A stretch of 64,000 bases of DNA from Escherichia phage CMSTMSU. The stretch lies in the sequence record MH494197.1; one strand, 5' to 3'. Position 1 is the first letter of the stretch, and the number at the start of each line of letters is the position of its first letter. Of the stretch, positions 9,892 through 20,507 are shown piece by piece. A program made the translations under genes and the position numbers. A model generated the notes under the pieces. It was not told the origin of the DNA and ran no database searches. It saw only the letters and a program-made list of their open reading frames with translations.

Positions 9892-10238
9892 TGTTTAGTA
9901 CTCAATAATGTGTTCTTCATAATCACCATTAGGCTCTGTTTAGCTTCTTTCATTAGTACTATCATTTTATGTACTAATGGCATAGGAAATTCTAAATCCC
10001 ATACTAATGATTCTTGAAAGTATTCCTCTGGTGATAAAGTACTTAAATCTTTAATATCAACGTGCTTGTATATTTTATTTTCGTAATTAACAAATGATAT
10101 ATATAAATCATTAATATAAGAATCATACGTAATTGTGAATGGCTTACCCTTGTAGTCCATTACATCTCTACATAGACTACTTTTGATATATATATGTTCA
10201 TAGGATTTATATACCTTGAGTTGTATATTAGTTTTCAT
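9888..10238 (-). CDS. hypothetical protein, FQ-motif family
   Basis: STLSPEEYFQESLVWD. Confidence 0.5.
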   Translation of the reverse strand: MKTNIQLKVYKSYEHIYIKSSLCRDVMDYKGKPFTITYDSYINDLYISFVNYENKIYKHVDIKDLSTLSPEEYFQESLVWDLEFPMPLVHKMIVLMKEAKQSLMVIMKNTLLSTKQ

Positions 10239-10503
10239 ATTTCTCTTTATTAGATTGTGTGGTTTTATAGTGAATGAAATCTATTAATGTAATCAAGTAC
10301 AACGTCAAATAGTACTCTTGTTGATCTGTACCTAATGATACAAAGAACTTGTGCTCATAGATTAAAACCTGTTTCTCTTCAAATGGACATTTAATCCTCT
10401 GTATAGGCTTAAGTAAATGATAGTACTTATTAAATCTATGATACATTTCTAGTTCTGTCAGTACTTTCATATTAAACACGTACTCCATTAGCTGTAGCAT
10501 CAC
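10228..10503 (-). CDS. hypothetical protein, LGT-motif family
   Basis: LGTDQQEYYLTLYL. Confidence 0.45.
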   Translation of the reverse strand: MMLQLMEYVFNMKVLTELEMYHRFNKYYHLLKPIQRIKCPFEEKQVLIYEHKFFVSLGTDQQEYYLTLYLITLIDFIHYKTTQSNKEKYEN

Positions 10504-10693
10504 GTAAAGCTGTCAAATACTTCTGTACTGCTTGCTCTTGCTTATTTGTACCTAAAAGTATATACATCCATAATTCACTGTAATGTACATCTTCTGTATA
10601 AGGGTTGTTGTAACTTTTTGATAATATAGCATCAAATTCAGATGCATGAACCCTTGTGAACTTAAGAATATCTTGTTGTGTTATGATTCTCAT
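10472..10693 (-). CDS. hypothetical protein, LGT-motif family
   Basis: LLGTNKQEQAVQKYL. Confidence 0.45.
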   Translation of the reverse strand: MRIITQQDILKFTRVHASEFDAILSKSYNNPYTEDVHYSELWMYILLGTNKQEQAVQKYLTALRDATANGVRV

Positions 10694-10899
10694 ATTTTTC
10701 CTGTACTATCTGTATAAGAATACCTATGTGTGAATTAACAGTTCTCTCTTGATGCTGTGTTCCTAAGAGTGTCAGTACTATCATATCTGAACGCAAAAGA
10801 TTTTTTCAAGTTCACTTATATCAGTTCTTGAATCAAGTGCCATATATTTGTGATTATTCTTCCTGAATAGTGCCAAGTACTCTTGATTTGATATTTCCT

Positions 10900-11430
10900 T
10901 CATAGTTTATCCCTGATGCCATTTAAAAGTGCTCTAATATGTTCCTGTACGAATTTGTACTGACTGTCTGTTCCTAGAGTGAGTAGCAATCTTAAATCTG
11001 AACTTTTGATGTGATATTCTAAATCATTATTTGATTCTTGCATCAGTTTCTTAAAGGATGAGAAGTTTGCAGCCATTAGTTCAATGTATTCTGCTGTTCC
11101 TAGTGGTTTGTGTATTGGCTGTTTGTGCATTTTAATTTTATTACCCTTTGAGTGTATTAATGTAATTATACACATTGGCTTTTGATAGTTAGTTCCCAGT
11201 GTAGCTTGAACATAGATTTCATTTAACTTAATAATTTTATCAGTATCTGGTAGTTTTGATGTGTTAATGGCAAATAACTTCAAAACAGTCCATTTAAGAT
11301 TGTTAGGTATTCTTCGTCGGTAATGATTCGCATTTGCATTGGATAAACCTTTTAGTTCTTTGATGTAATCATTAATATTGCATTCTTGATAGTTAGTCCC
11401 TAGGGTAGCTTGAACATAGATTTCACTCAT
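10900..11430 (-). CDS. hypothetical protein with three LGT modules (fusion or read-through of tandem paralogs)
   Basis: ATLGTNYQ occurs twice plus LTLGTDSQYKFVQEHI. Confidence 0.4.
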   Translation of the reverse strand: MSEIYVQATLGTNYQECNINDYIKELKGLSNANANHYRRRIPNNLKWTVLKLFAINTSKLPDTDKIIKLNEIYVQATLGTNYQKPMCIITLIHSKGNKIKMHKQPIHKPLGTAEYIELMAANFSSFKKLMQESNNDLEYHIKSSDLRLLLTLGTDSQYKFVQEHIRALLNGIRDKL

Positions 11431-11533
11431 TAGAATATTTTTTCTTCATCAGGTAAATCTGTGGTCTTTGCTATATACAATTTTAGAATTAAACTACTTA
11501 ATAGTTCGTGGTATTCACTTGGTGAAAGGATTT

Positions 11534-11749
11534 TCATTTGCATGTTCTCAGTACAGATTCTTTAAGTTCATCGATGTAGTCCTCAACGAATTGCTCTTGG
11601 AAGTTAGTTCCAACATATAAAAGAACTCTTAAATCTGCTCTAAGTAACTCTTTTTCATCCTCATCTATATCAGACAATGTTATGTTTAAGAATTTACTTG
11701 TATTAAAGATTAACAATTCTGTTTGTTCACTGTGGTTTAAAATTTTCAT
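11534..11749 (-). CDS. hypothetical protein, LGT-motif family
   Basis: LLYVGTNFQEQFVEDYI. Confidence 0.5.
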   Translation of the reverse strand: MKILNHSEQTELLIFNTSKFLNITLSDIDEDEKELLRADLRVLLYVGTNFQEQFVEDYIDELKESVLRTCK

Positions 11750-11957
11750 AATCTCTTTTTGCTTTCCTCGACAGTAGGTACAAATACGATTCTTCGTATT
11801 GTGCTTGGAAGTTTGTGTTTAAGAGTCGAAACAACTTCTGTTCTTCTAGAACGAGTTGCTTATCTTCATAACAACGGTAGCGTATCAACTTTTTGTATTC
11901 GATGTTGATTACATCCATTACTATAAGCCCATGTTCATCATCTGTCAAGTGCTTCAT
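11727..11957 (-). CDS. hypothetical protein, LGT-motif family (variant)
   Basis: LLNTNFQAQYEESYL. Confidence 0.45.
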   Translation of the reverse strand: MKHLTDDEHGLIVMDVINIEYKKLIRYRCYEDKQLVLEEQKLFRLLNTNFQAQYEESYLYLLSRKAKRDYENFKPQ

Positions 11958-12162
11958 GCTTTTTTCTTTTCCTGATGTGTTTAGTTAAAAGGTATATTAG
12001 TTTTCTGATGTATTCTTCCTGATAGTTTGTTCCTAGGAGTGCAAGAAGTTTTGCTTCAACTAAAGCTAATTGACGTTCTTCGAATGTGTGTTCCAGTATG
12101 TACTTTGGGTTTGATTTTTAGATATTGCACTATTAGTTTTCATTACAATCTTATGATATTCA

Positions 12163-12420
12163 TTAACTGTTAGGATTTTTAAATTCTTGAGCATGTACCT
12201 TTTCCTTTATAGAGAATTTAAGATATCGAAGCATACTTTCAATGTAATACTCTTGTCTGTCAGTTCCAAGAAAGTACAGGAGTTGAATGTATAAAACTTC
12301 TGCACTCCTTTCGGCATGTGACTTGTTTGTGTCGTTTGGAAGTTGATTTGTAAGTTTTCTGGATTTAATTAATCGTTCTTTTAACTCATCGTCTGTTAAG
12401 TATATCATTTCATTTTGCAT
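12163..12420 (-). CDS. hypothetical protein, LGT-motif family
   Basis: FLGTDRQEYYIESML; N-terminus MQNEMIYLTDDEL shared with 12457..12645. Confidence 0.5.
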   Translation of the reverse strand: MQNEMIYLTDDELKERLIKSRKLTNQLPNDTNKSHAERSAEVLYIQLLYFLGTDRQEYYIESMLRYLKFSIKEKVHAQEFKNPNS

Positions 12421-12456
12421 TTACTTTTTCCATAATAGTAATTTTGAGATATTTAA

Positions 12457-12645
12457 TTATACGTTCAATGTGATACTTTGCCTATCAGTTCCAAGAAGGT
12501 ATGGTAATGACTGGAATAAAACTTCTGCACTCCTTTCTGCTGGGGTTTGGTTTGGGTCATTTGGAAGTTTATTTGTAAGTCTTTTGGATTTATCTAGTCT
12601 TTCTGTTAACTCATCATGTGTTAAGTATATCATTTCATTTTGCAT
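12457..12645 (-). CDS. hypothetical protein, LGT-motif family (C-terminus probably frame-disrupted)
   Basis: Near-identical N-terminus to 12163..12420, ends prematurely after LGTDRQ. Confidence 0.45.
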   Translation of the reverse strand: MQNEMIYLTHDELTERLDKSKRLTNKLPNDPNQTPAERSAEVLFQSLPYLLGTDRQSITLNV

Positions 12646-12881
12646 TTAATGTTCCTTACGTAAATTGTCTGGATTAAAAGTGAAATCCATTTTTCTACAT
12701 ATTGGTTTTGATACTGTGTGCCTAAAAGACTCTGCATTTTAAACTCTTCTTCGAGTGCATATCTCGTTTCTATAGTAAAGCTTAAATGACCATATTCTTT
12801 ATCGTATCTTCTCAGTGCTTCCCCAATTCTATCAAATCTTTCTGCTATTCTGATGTTATTAATTTTATTCATCGCATTCAT
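12630..12881 (-). CDS. hypothetical protein, LGT-motif family
   Basis: LLGTQYQNQYVEKWI. Confidence 0.5.
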   Translation of the reverse strand: MNAMNKINNIRIAERFDRIGEALRRYDKEYGHLSFTIETRYALEEEFKMQSLLGTQYQNQYVEKWISLLIQTIYVRNIKCKMK

Positions 12882-12966
12882 CGATCAGTACACCTTAGTG
12901 GACGGGTCATTTGATAAAAGTACAGCTTACCTTTGATTTCCAATAGTAACTCAGCAATTAATCGAT

Positions 12967-13155
12967 TTACTTCTGGCTCTTGATAGTTTGTCCTAACAAT
13001 GCACCCATCTTTAACTCACGCATCATAATCATTTTCTTACTGTGTTGAATTTCTGGGTTGTGATAGATTGTATTACGTTTGTGTGTAATTTTTGTCATAC
13101 GCTCGGTATATTCATCTTTACTTAAATTGATCATTTGCATGTTCATCAACCTCAC
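12967..13155 (-). CDS. hypothetical protein, LGT-motif family (variant)
   Basis: N-terminus MQMINLSK shared with 13563..13811. Confidence 0.45.
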   Translation of the reverse strand: MRLMNMQMINLSKDEYTERMTKITHKRNTIYHNPEIQHSKKMIMMRELKMGALLGQTIKSQK

Positions 13156-13562
13156 ATTTATTTTCGATACAAATCATTAGTTCTCTAAGATAGTTTTTAT
13201 CTTACCTTCCTGATGGTTCGTCCCGAAAGTTGCATAACTCTGCTTCTATCATTTTGATTCTTCTGGTGTCAGGTTTCAATCTTTTGTTATTGAAGATTTG
13301 AATCCTTATATCCCTTGATGCATTTAAACGTTTTGATATTCATGGAAAGATAAATTAATCATTTACTTTGTATCTCTCTCTTGAGGGCATCAATTAACAA
13401 CAGTACAGCATTCTCTTGATAGTTTGTTCCTAAGACTGAAAGCATCTTAATCTCATTTACTACGATCAACTTCTTTGAGCGTTCAATAATGTTACTATTA
13501 TAAACGGCGTTACGTGCTGGATAAGTTTTGCAAGACGATCATAATATTCATCTTTACTTAAA

Positions 13563-13811
13563 TTAATCATTTGCATTTCTCGTACATTTACTTAGTTTAC
13601 TCCCAATGTATTTCTTAAGTGTAATTATATATTCCTCTACATAATACTCCTGATAGTTAGTTCCTAAGAATGCACATAGCTTTGTCTCACGCTTCATAAT
13701 CATCTTATTTTCGTGTTTGTTTACTTCACCGAAATGGATTTCATTAAGTTTAGGTAAGATTTTTGCTTGGCGTTCTTTATATTCAGATTTACTTAAATTA
13801 ATCATTTGCAT
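13563..13811 (-). CDS. hypothetical protein, LGT-motif family
   Basis: FLGTNYQEYYVEEYI. Confidence 0.5.
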   Translation of the reverse strand: MQMINLSKSEYKERQAKILPKLNEIHFGEVNKHENKMIMKRETKLCAFLGTNYQEYYVEEYIITLKKYIGSKLSKCTRNAND

Positions 13812-14014
13812 TTACTTTGGATCTCCTTGACTAATGCATCAACCCACATGTCTATATACATTTGTTGATAGTTTGTCCCTATGAGTGCCCTGCATAGAGT
13901 TCAGCTATCATTGCATGTTTTAGGTTGGCAGGATGCTCTTATCAGATTGAATCTTTACTCTTCTGTTGGCACATGTTTTCAGGAGTCTGATGTATTCAAA
14001 GCCTTGTAATTTTC

Positions 14015-14230
14015 TCATTCTTTAGATATCACCTTGTTACGTAAGGCACTTAACAATACGTCAGTGTAGATGTTTTGATAGTTTGTTCCTACGAAAGCAC
14101 CCAACTTCATTTCAGCTATTATAACACATTTGTCCTCTTGTGCAATAGACTTGTCTAAAGAAATACTAACAACTTTCCTTCTTATAGCTTGTAATCTCCA
14201 ATGATACTGATACTCATTTAGGGTTATCAT
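14015..14230 (-). CDS. hypothetical protein, LGT-motif family
   Basis: FVGTNYQNIYTDVLL. Confidence 0.5.
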   Translation of the reverse strand: MITLNEYQYHWRLQAIRRKVVSISLDKSIAQEDKCVIIAEMKLGAFVGTNYQNIYTDVLLSALRNKVISKE

Positions 14231-14465
14231 TCTCTCGCCTCCATATCTCGGTTCTAATGTGTTGACATTGTGCTTCGATGAACATATCTATTGATTTGGC
14301 AATTGCGTTTTTATCTGTGCCAGTCATCAGTACAAGCATCTCGGCCTCACAGTGAAGTAAACGCATGATATCATAGGGTAATATTCCAGATACCGTGTCA
14401 TAGTGTTTCTGTGCCAGTGTCTGTAATAGTTTACAATACATTTTGTGATTTAGTCTGTGTCGCAT
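14214..14465 (-). CDS. hypothetical protein, LGT-motif family (variant)
   Basis: LMTGTDKNAIAKSIDMFIE. Confidence 0.45.
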   Translation of the reverse strand: MRHRLNHKMYCKLLQTLAQKHYDTVSGILPYDIMRLLHCEAEMLVLMTGTDKNAIAKSIDMFIEAQCQHIRTEIWRRENDNPK

Positions 14466-15587
14466 TGTTTATTCCATTCTTTTTGGCCCTCTGGGTTTTA
14501 TATTGGATTTGGTTTCTTAATGCTGATAAGTATCGTTGAATGAACAGATCTTGATAGTTTGTTCCAATGAATTTCATAAGATAAAGTTCACCGTTGATAA
14601 CATCCACTTCAGGTGCACCATATAAGGCATTGTTTTTCTAAGGGCATGGATTAAAGAGAATAGGGCAGTTTGATACTCAACTCCTGATAAAGTCTTCATG
14701 TTTTGTGAGCCAATAATCATCTAGTTTATCCTGTATAACATTCATTAATTGTTCGACATATTCTGTGCAAAACTTATCTTGATATTGAGTCCCATAAAGT
14801 ACAGCAACCATAGCTCATTAACTTTAGCTCGCATTTGGTTCCATGTAAGGCTGGGGTCATCGTAGACTATCCTTGCTATAGGGTTAGTTTACGGACTATA
14901 GTTTCATATTCATCTAGTGTTAAGTGTTTCATTTACATTTGTCCCTTATTAGATCAGTGAGGGCAACTATGTGTGCAACAACATACTCTTCCTGAAAGTT
15001 CGTCCCAGTACAGCCATCATGCGTATATCGGTGGTGTTTATCCTGTGTTCCCTTACACATAAACCTTCTGTGTGAGGAAGTGTAAAATATTTGTTTATTG
15101 CAGCAATGATAATTTTATTCTTCTCGGAATTACTTAAATGTTTCATAGTTTGCTCTTAATGTATTTCTGGAGTGCAATTATATACTCATTCAAGAAGTGC
15201 TCTGATAATCTGTGCCGAGGAATGCACCCAATAGTATATCATTTTCCAATACTAATGCTAAGTTCAAATCATCAGTCTCTTCATATACTATGAGAATTTC
15301 AAGTTGTCTGGCAGCGACGCGTTCGGTATATTGATTTGAGTTTGCAATGATATTCATAGTTTACTCTTTATGTAATTCTTGAGTGCAATTAAGTATTCCC
15401 CTACATAATACTCCTGAAAGTCTGTATCCAAAAATGCACCCATAAGTAAATCTTTTTCTAATACCCTTGATAAGTTAAGGTCTGCATTTGAAAGGTATAT
15501 AAGTAAGATTTCACCCTGTGCGGAATTGAAACGTTTCTTATATTCTTCTGGTGTTAAAAAATCATAGTTTACTCTTAATATCTTCTA

Positions 15588-15770
15588 TTAAAAATGAATC
15601 CAATCGTCAACATACTCTTCCTGATGGTTTGTGTTCAGTACAGCCAACATGCGGATCTCTGCTCTTGCAACTTGGATTTCAGTTTTAGAAAGGTCTTTGC
15701 TGATATCAAACATTAAGTCCATGTATTTCAAGATAAGACCGAATGATTGGGTTCGTGTTATAGTTTTCAT
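15588..15770 (-). CDS. hypothetical protein, LGT-motif family
   Basis: VLNTNHQEEYVDDWI. Confidence 0.45.
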   Translation of the reverse strand: MKTITRTQSFGLILKYMDLMFDISKDLSKTEIQVARAEIRMLAVLNTNHQEEYVDDWIHF

Positions 15771-15967
15771 TGTTTCCTCGTGGACAATATTTCATTTTTC
15801 AATGCATCCATATATTGAATCACCCATCTTCCCTGATAGCTTGTTCCCAATGTAATCAAAAGGTATAACTCAATTCGTTCTAAGTTTGTGTCTGTGTTAT
15901 AAATCTTTACCATGTTTTTACGTAACAGTTCTTGATAATCTTCTTTATTTAAAATACGCATTTTCAT
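15767..15967 (-). CDS. hypothetical protein, LGT-motif family
   Basis: TLGTSYQGRWVIQYM; 4-nt overlaps with neighbours. Confidence 0.5.
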   Translation of the reverse strand: MKMRILNKEDYQELLRKNMVKIYNTDTNLERIELYLLITLGTSYQGRWVIQYMDALKNEILSTRKQ

Positions 15968-16161
15968 AGTCTACCTTTTATGTCCCTTCGTAATTCTTGT
16001 AAGTATAGTTCGATATACTTTTCTTGATAGTTAGTTCCTATGAAAAGTTTCATAACCAATTCACGCTTATATGCAATACCACGGATATGTGACATATGTA
16101 GGATATATGCCATGTTGGATATGAGTGTGTGGTTGTGCTCTTCTTCAGTTAAAATACGCAT
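15964..16161 (-). CDS. hypothetical protein, LGT-motif family
   Basis: FIGTNYQEKYIELYL. Confidence 0.5.
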   Translation of the reverse strand: MRILTEEEHNHTLISNMAYILHMSHIRGIAYKRELVMKLFIGTNYQEKYIELYLQELRRDIKGRL

Positions 16162-16205
16162 AGGGACTCCATTAAAAATAATATCAATCCCATAATATAC
16201 GATTC

Positions 16206-16380
16206 ATATAAAAGTCAATAACATTTTATTCGTAATACCCTTTATCGAAGTCGCTAAGGTTACCCGCCCTTTAGCCCCTACGCATTTTGCCATAGTCCAA
16301 TCCTTTTATTCATAAAAGTCAAGGGATTACCTATGCATTTTTTAACGCTGAAGTTTAAAAATGCCTTGACTTTTTATGAT
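16206..16380. repeat. TCATAAAAGTCAA repeats (two direct, one inverted) in ORF-free region
   Basis: Copies at about 16206 and 16312 (direct) and 16365 (inverted TTGACTTTTTATGA). Confidence 0.45.
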
Positions 16381-16877
16381 TCAGTACTAAATCCTTTTAC
16401 GCATTAATCCTTCGTTACGCTTACGATTATCTGTGTATCCCCATAGTCCTGCCATACTTCCACGCCAGCCGTCGCCCGGTTAGTCGTGCTGTCATCTGCT
16501 TAATGGTCTTAGGCTTTAGTGGAACCTGTTGCAGTACTGTACGCATAGTATCATCGACGTTATCGTGTACGCCTGCAATAGTGCCTAGGACGCTGTATAC
16601 GTGTATAGAACATATGTATGCCCTCCTGATATAGTTAAGGCCGCTACAAGGCGGCCTATGATGTTTGGTGATGTGTAACGCTTACAGTCCTAAGATAGTG
16701 CGTGCTTCGTTACGTTCCGTGCACAGCTGCATGATGTGAGCAAGTAAGTCCTTGCTAATGTATCCGGTGTTCATAGCTTCACGAATAGATACATCATAAG
16801 CACCGAACCCGTGCGAACGATACGCACATCATTCAGGTTAGTATTATAGATACCGCCGAGATCAACGGCTTCGAATA

Positions 16878-17498
16878 CTACATCAACAGAATATTCATTG
16901 TTGCCATCGTGGAAGTTTTCCAGTGCAATAGTATTGGATACCGCCCAACGTTTGCAGTTTCAATGATGCGGCACTGTTCCGGTTGGATAGTGCCATTACT
17001 TACAGCGTACTCCAGTGCATCTTTACCAAAAGTCCGAGCCAGTACTAAAACGTCAGCGAAGGAAGTGATTGAGAAGGTCATGATAAAACTCCTTAATTTA
17101 GGAGGGAGAACCATTTCCTCTCTATGTAAAACATTATACATGAATCTAAGTACTATGCAAGTACTTTTACATTTTAATACCGGATTCAGGTAGCGGTGAG
17201 ATCCATATTCTGGATCGGTTTCGGTCCAGTACTGTAAATCGATAGTACCTTTCGCGTTAATCTTGTCTACCAGCTTATTCATCTTAGCGTATACTACGTC
17301 AGCATCGATGCGTTTAAAGCCAGTAGCTTTAGTGAAGTAGTAGTGATTTGCTTCACTATCATTAAGGATATACCGAGCACCGTTTGCCGTTTGTGCGATA
17401 ATGATTGAGTATTCTACGTTACGGTCGAGGCCGTCGATGAATACAGAGGAAACATTAGTACGGATGAAAGCTTTAACGATAGCGATTGAAGTAGTCAT
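16878..17498 (-). CDS. composite ORF: probably two frame-disrupted genes read through an embedded promoter/stem-loop cassette
   Basis: Conserved intergenic cassette (…ggagggagaaccatttcctctctatgtaaaacattatac…) lies inside the ORF at about 17090-17170. Confidence 0.3.
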   Translation of the reverse strand: MTTSIAIVKAFIRTNVSSVFIDGLDRNVEYSIIIAQTANGARYILNDSEANHYYFTKATGFKRIDADVVYAKMNKLVDKINAKGTIDLQYWTETDPEYGSHRYLNPVLKCKSTCIVLRFMYNVLHREEMVLPPKLRSFIMTFSITSFADVLVLARTFGKDALEYAVSNGTIQPEQCRIIETANVGRYPILLHWKTSTMATMNILLM

Positions 17499-18022
17499 TT
17501 TGAATCTCCTAACTTTGTGGGCCGTCGCACCATTGCCGCCCTACGAGATACATTATTGCAGTACTGATATACTTTGTCAATACTTTTTATTAATAGTTTT
17601 AGTTCCACCAGCAGATAGTTACTCACCGTTATTAACTATATATTTTGGATACACCTATGCACCCTGTGGGCTAGTTTTTGTCTATGCGTATATATAGCAG
17701 GACTGACCGAGTCAATCCCTTTTTATTCTTTTTGTTAGATGATTCTCCAATCATCAACGATCATGGTAAGATACCGAACCAGTGATTCGAGTGATTCGTG
17801 TTCTCGATAGTCTGCCGCTCCACCAGCGGTACAAGTACAGCCGATTAAGCCGTTTTGTAGTTCCGGATCTTTACGTCGATCTGGTTGGCTTTAGCTTCTT
17901 TCAGTACTTCAACCGGGCGAGAGCGATAGACATAATGTTTTACTCCAAACTATTGGCGGGAGAACTATTCCCCGCTCTATGTAAAACATTATACATTACT
18001 GGTTAGTACTGTCAAATAGTTT

Positions 18023-18280
18023 TTATGAAATATCTTCGATGTAGTCGGCCCATTTCATTTTTTCAGTACTGTCAATGGCTACCGGATTATTTGGATCAAA
18101 CCATTCACCATTACCGCAGTACATACCCACGGCTACGGTTTTATAGCCATCCCGGGCCGCACACCACGACATTGCACGATAGATATGGCCTTTAACTGGT
18201 TGCAGTACTGGTAACGTTTTATGGTCTTCTACGTAGGCCATAGCTTGTGGATTTACCCGATATTGTGTGAACTGTTCCAT
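18023..18280 (-). CDS. hypothetical protein (85 aa)
   Basis: Track ORF; TTGACA-N17 promoter-like motif just upstream at about 18300-18350. Confidence 0.5.
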   Translation of the reverse strand: MEQFTQYRVNPQAMAYVEDHKTLPVLQPVKGHIYRAMSWCAARDGYKTVAVGMYCGNGEWFDPNNPVAIDSTEKMKWADYIEDIS

Positions 18281-18716
18281 TATGTTTCCCCTTGTAGTTA
18301 GTAAAGTTATTACATCAGTACTATCAAGCTATGTCAATAGTACTGAAATAAAACTTTTAGATTAGATTATTGAGGCCGTCAATGGTAGACTCACTTTCTT
18401 CTTTCTCCCATTGTCGGTAGTACTTCCATGCTTCATGATAGGTGGCGATCAGTTCATCTTTTGATCCGGTTACATGCCAGTACTGAATCACGGTGAGCGG
18501 TGTTATAGATAGAATCGAATGATTTCTTCTCTTCTGCCGTTAGCTACTTCCCGCATCAGTTCATCAAAGTTAGCCATTTTATTACTCCTTTTAGTGGGGA
18601 GGATATCTCCCTATGCAAAACATTATACTTTGTTTTAGTTATTATGCAAGTACTTTTTCATATAAACATTAAATTCTACACCGCCGTAACCTTCCACGAT
18701 GATATGTTTTGCGTTA

Positions 18717-18902
18717 TCACGTTTGCACATAGTGAAACCATCGTTTACGTGTTTTGCATTTTCGGGCGACATCACCGATAGCGGCACATACGGCACTAAT
18801 AACAGTATTCCGCAAAGTACTGGTATCATTGGCGGTCATAGTAGTTTGCAGTACTACGTTGTCGTATACGTGTGCATTGATAGTGATTTCGATAGTGTTC
18901 AT
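18717..18902 (-). CDS. hypothetical protein
   Basis: Track ORF immediately downstream of a promoter cassette; overlapping frame 18635..18829 suggests a frameshift. Confidence 0.4.
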   Translation of the reverse strand: MNTIEITINAHVYDNVVLQTTMTANDTSTLRNTVISAVCAAIGDVARKCKTRKRWFHYVQT

Positions 18903-19233
18903 GGTGTATCTCGACTGGCGGGAGAACTATTCCCCGCTCTATGTAAAACATTATACGTTAATCTAACTACAATGCAAGTACTTTTAAATTTTATTTCCGA
19001 TATAGTCCGGTCTATTCTTTTCGGTCATACGCTTTGCTAATGTTTGCATATGGCTTATTGCTTGTAGTGTATCCTCTTCCGGGATGAATCGAGATAATCA
19101 GGATCATTCTTCACCTTGCAATGATTATGATAGCGTAGTACTGCCAGTACTTTTTAACTTCTTCTACTGTCATAATAAGTACCCACTTCGTTAGCTTTCA
19201 GGTTAGTATCAATCATCAGTGGATTTTTGTAGT

Positions 19234-19440
19234 TCACAAAACGAGTAGTTTTCTCGATAGCGAATCCCATATAATCCAGCTTACTAACAGTACATTCATT
19301 CTTAAAACTTCTTTCGCTGCATCGATGGCTGATTGCATGGATAACCGACCATCTAAATTAATGTTTCCAAATGATCCACCAGCAGAAGTAGGATTACCGT
19401 TCATATCTTTAATGATCATAGTAGCGGAGTAGCTGGACAT
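19234..19440 (-). CDS. hypothetical protein (C-terminus probably frame-disrupted)
   Basis: Starts right after cassette at about 19455-19530. Confidence 0.4.
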   Translation of the reverse strand: MSSYSATMIIKDMNGNPTSAGGSFGNINLDGRLSMQSAIDAAKEVLRMNVLLVSWIIWDSLSRKLLVL

Positions 19441-19454
19441 AATTTTGTTTCCTT

Positions 19455-19530
19455 TTATTGGTGTGGGAGAACTATTCTCCCTTGATGTAAACTATTATAC
19501 AGTACTGATATACTTTGTCAAATACTTTTA
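19455..19530 (-). promoter_or_regulatory. promoter + stem-loop cassette (copy)
   Basis: ttgacaaagtatatcagtactgtataatagtttacatcaaGGGAGAAtagTTCTCCC on the minus strand. Confidence 0.55.
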
Positions 19531-19621
19531 TTCGCCCATATAGATTAGATTATCATCGCCTACATAGGATCGCAAACGTTGATTTCTTCGCAGTACTTCG
19601 TGAATACATCGCCATAGTGAC

Positions 19622-19858
19622 CTAAACCACGATCCCAAAACCAGTTCCGTGACCTTCGCGGGTAAGGAACAGATCATGACCAGCTTGCTCATAACCGTAA
19701 TCAATAAACATACCGCGAACTACTTCCAGATCATTACCGTGTTTCTCAATGAAGCGAGAACATGCAATCACTGCCGCTTGATGGGCTTGCTCTGATAATT
19801 CATAATCTTCCGTAATCGCCGTTCTCATTGTGTACAGTACTGAATTGCATAGCTTCAA
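19622..19858 (-). CDS. hypothetical protein (fragment of a longer frame-disrupted gene, about 19560..19935)
   Basis: An upstream ATG with MSTTTNLARN… and a downstream extension …GFWDRGLGHYGD lie in other frames. Confidence 0.45.
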   Translation of the reverse strand: MKLCNSVLYTMRTAITEDYELSEQAHQAAVIACSRFIEKHGNDLEVVRGMFIDYGYEQAGHDLFLTREGHGTGFGIVV

Positions 19859-20339
19859 TGTAAGCTACAACCATTGCAGCATGATTTTTATCGTTAGTGA
19901 TGTTCCGAGCGAGATTAGTAGTAGTAGACATGATTTTATTCCTTTTAGTATCGGGGAGAACTATTCTCCCTTGATGTAAACTATTATACAGTACTAATAT
20001 ACTTTGTCAATACTTAATTACGTTTAAAATGATATGTGCCTTTATCATCCTGTACGCCCCATACTGATTTACCATCAACACCAGTGAAGCCGGATTGTAA
20101 TTCAATATGGAAACCATTATTATCAACTACAAAAACTTTTTATTTTCATCCCGATAACATTGATATTCTGAATCAACATTAAAGGCCGCATCATTCAGAA
20201 GATTAGAAGCGTAAATGCAAGTCATTGTAGTCATGATTTTATTCCTTATTGCCGTGGAACCGTTCCTCTCGATATAAAACATTATACTTGATTCTAAGTA
20301 TAATGCAAGTACTTTTTAAAATAGTTTTCAGTACTGAAT

Positions 20340-20440
20340 ACTTATATAATAGATACACTTCCGCACCCTATGGGTCAGTGAGTTATCTCTCAATGGATAT
20401 ATATAGCAAAGGACTGACCGAGTCAATCCCTTTTTAATCT
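20340..20440. repeat. ~90-bp repeated intergenic element (core GCACCCTATGGG…ending in hairpin + T-run)
   Basis: Near-identical copies at about 17642-17730, 23585-23665, 28068-28165; partial copies at 25866, 34322 and inverted at 32715. Confidence 0.55.
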
Positions 20441-20507
20441 TTTTATCGTGTTACCTTACTTGCTGCCACATCACGCTTTTTATAGTACTGATTCCAGATA
20501 TTGCTGG

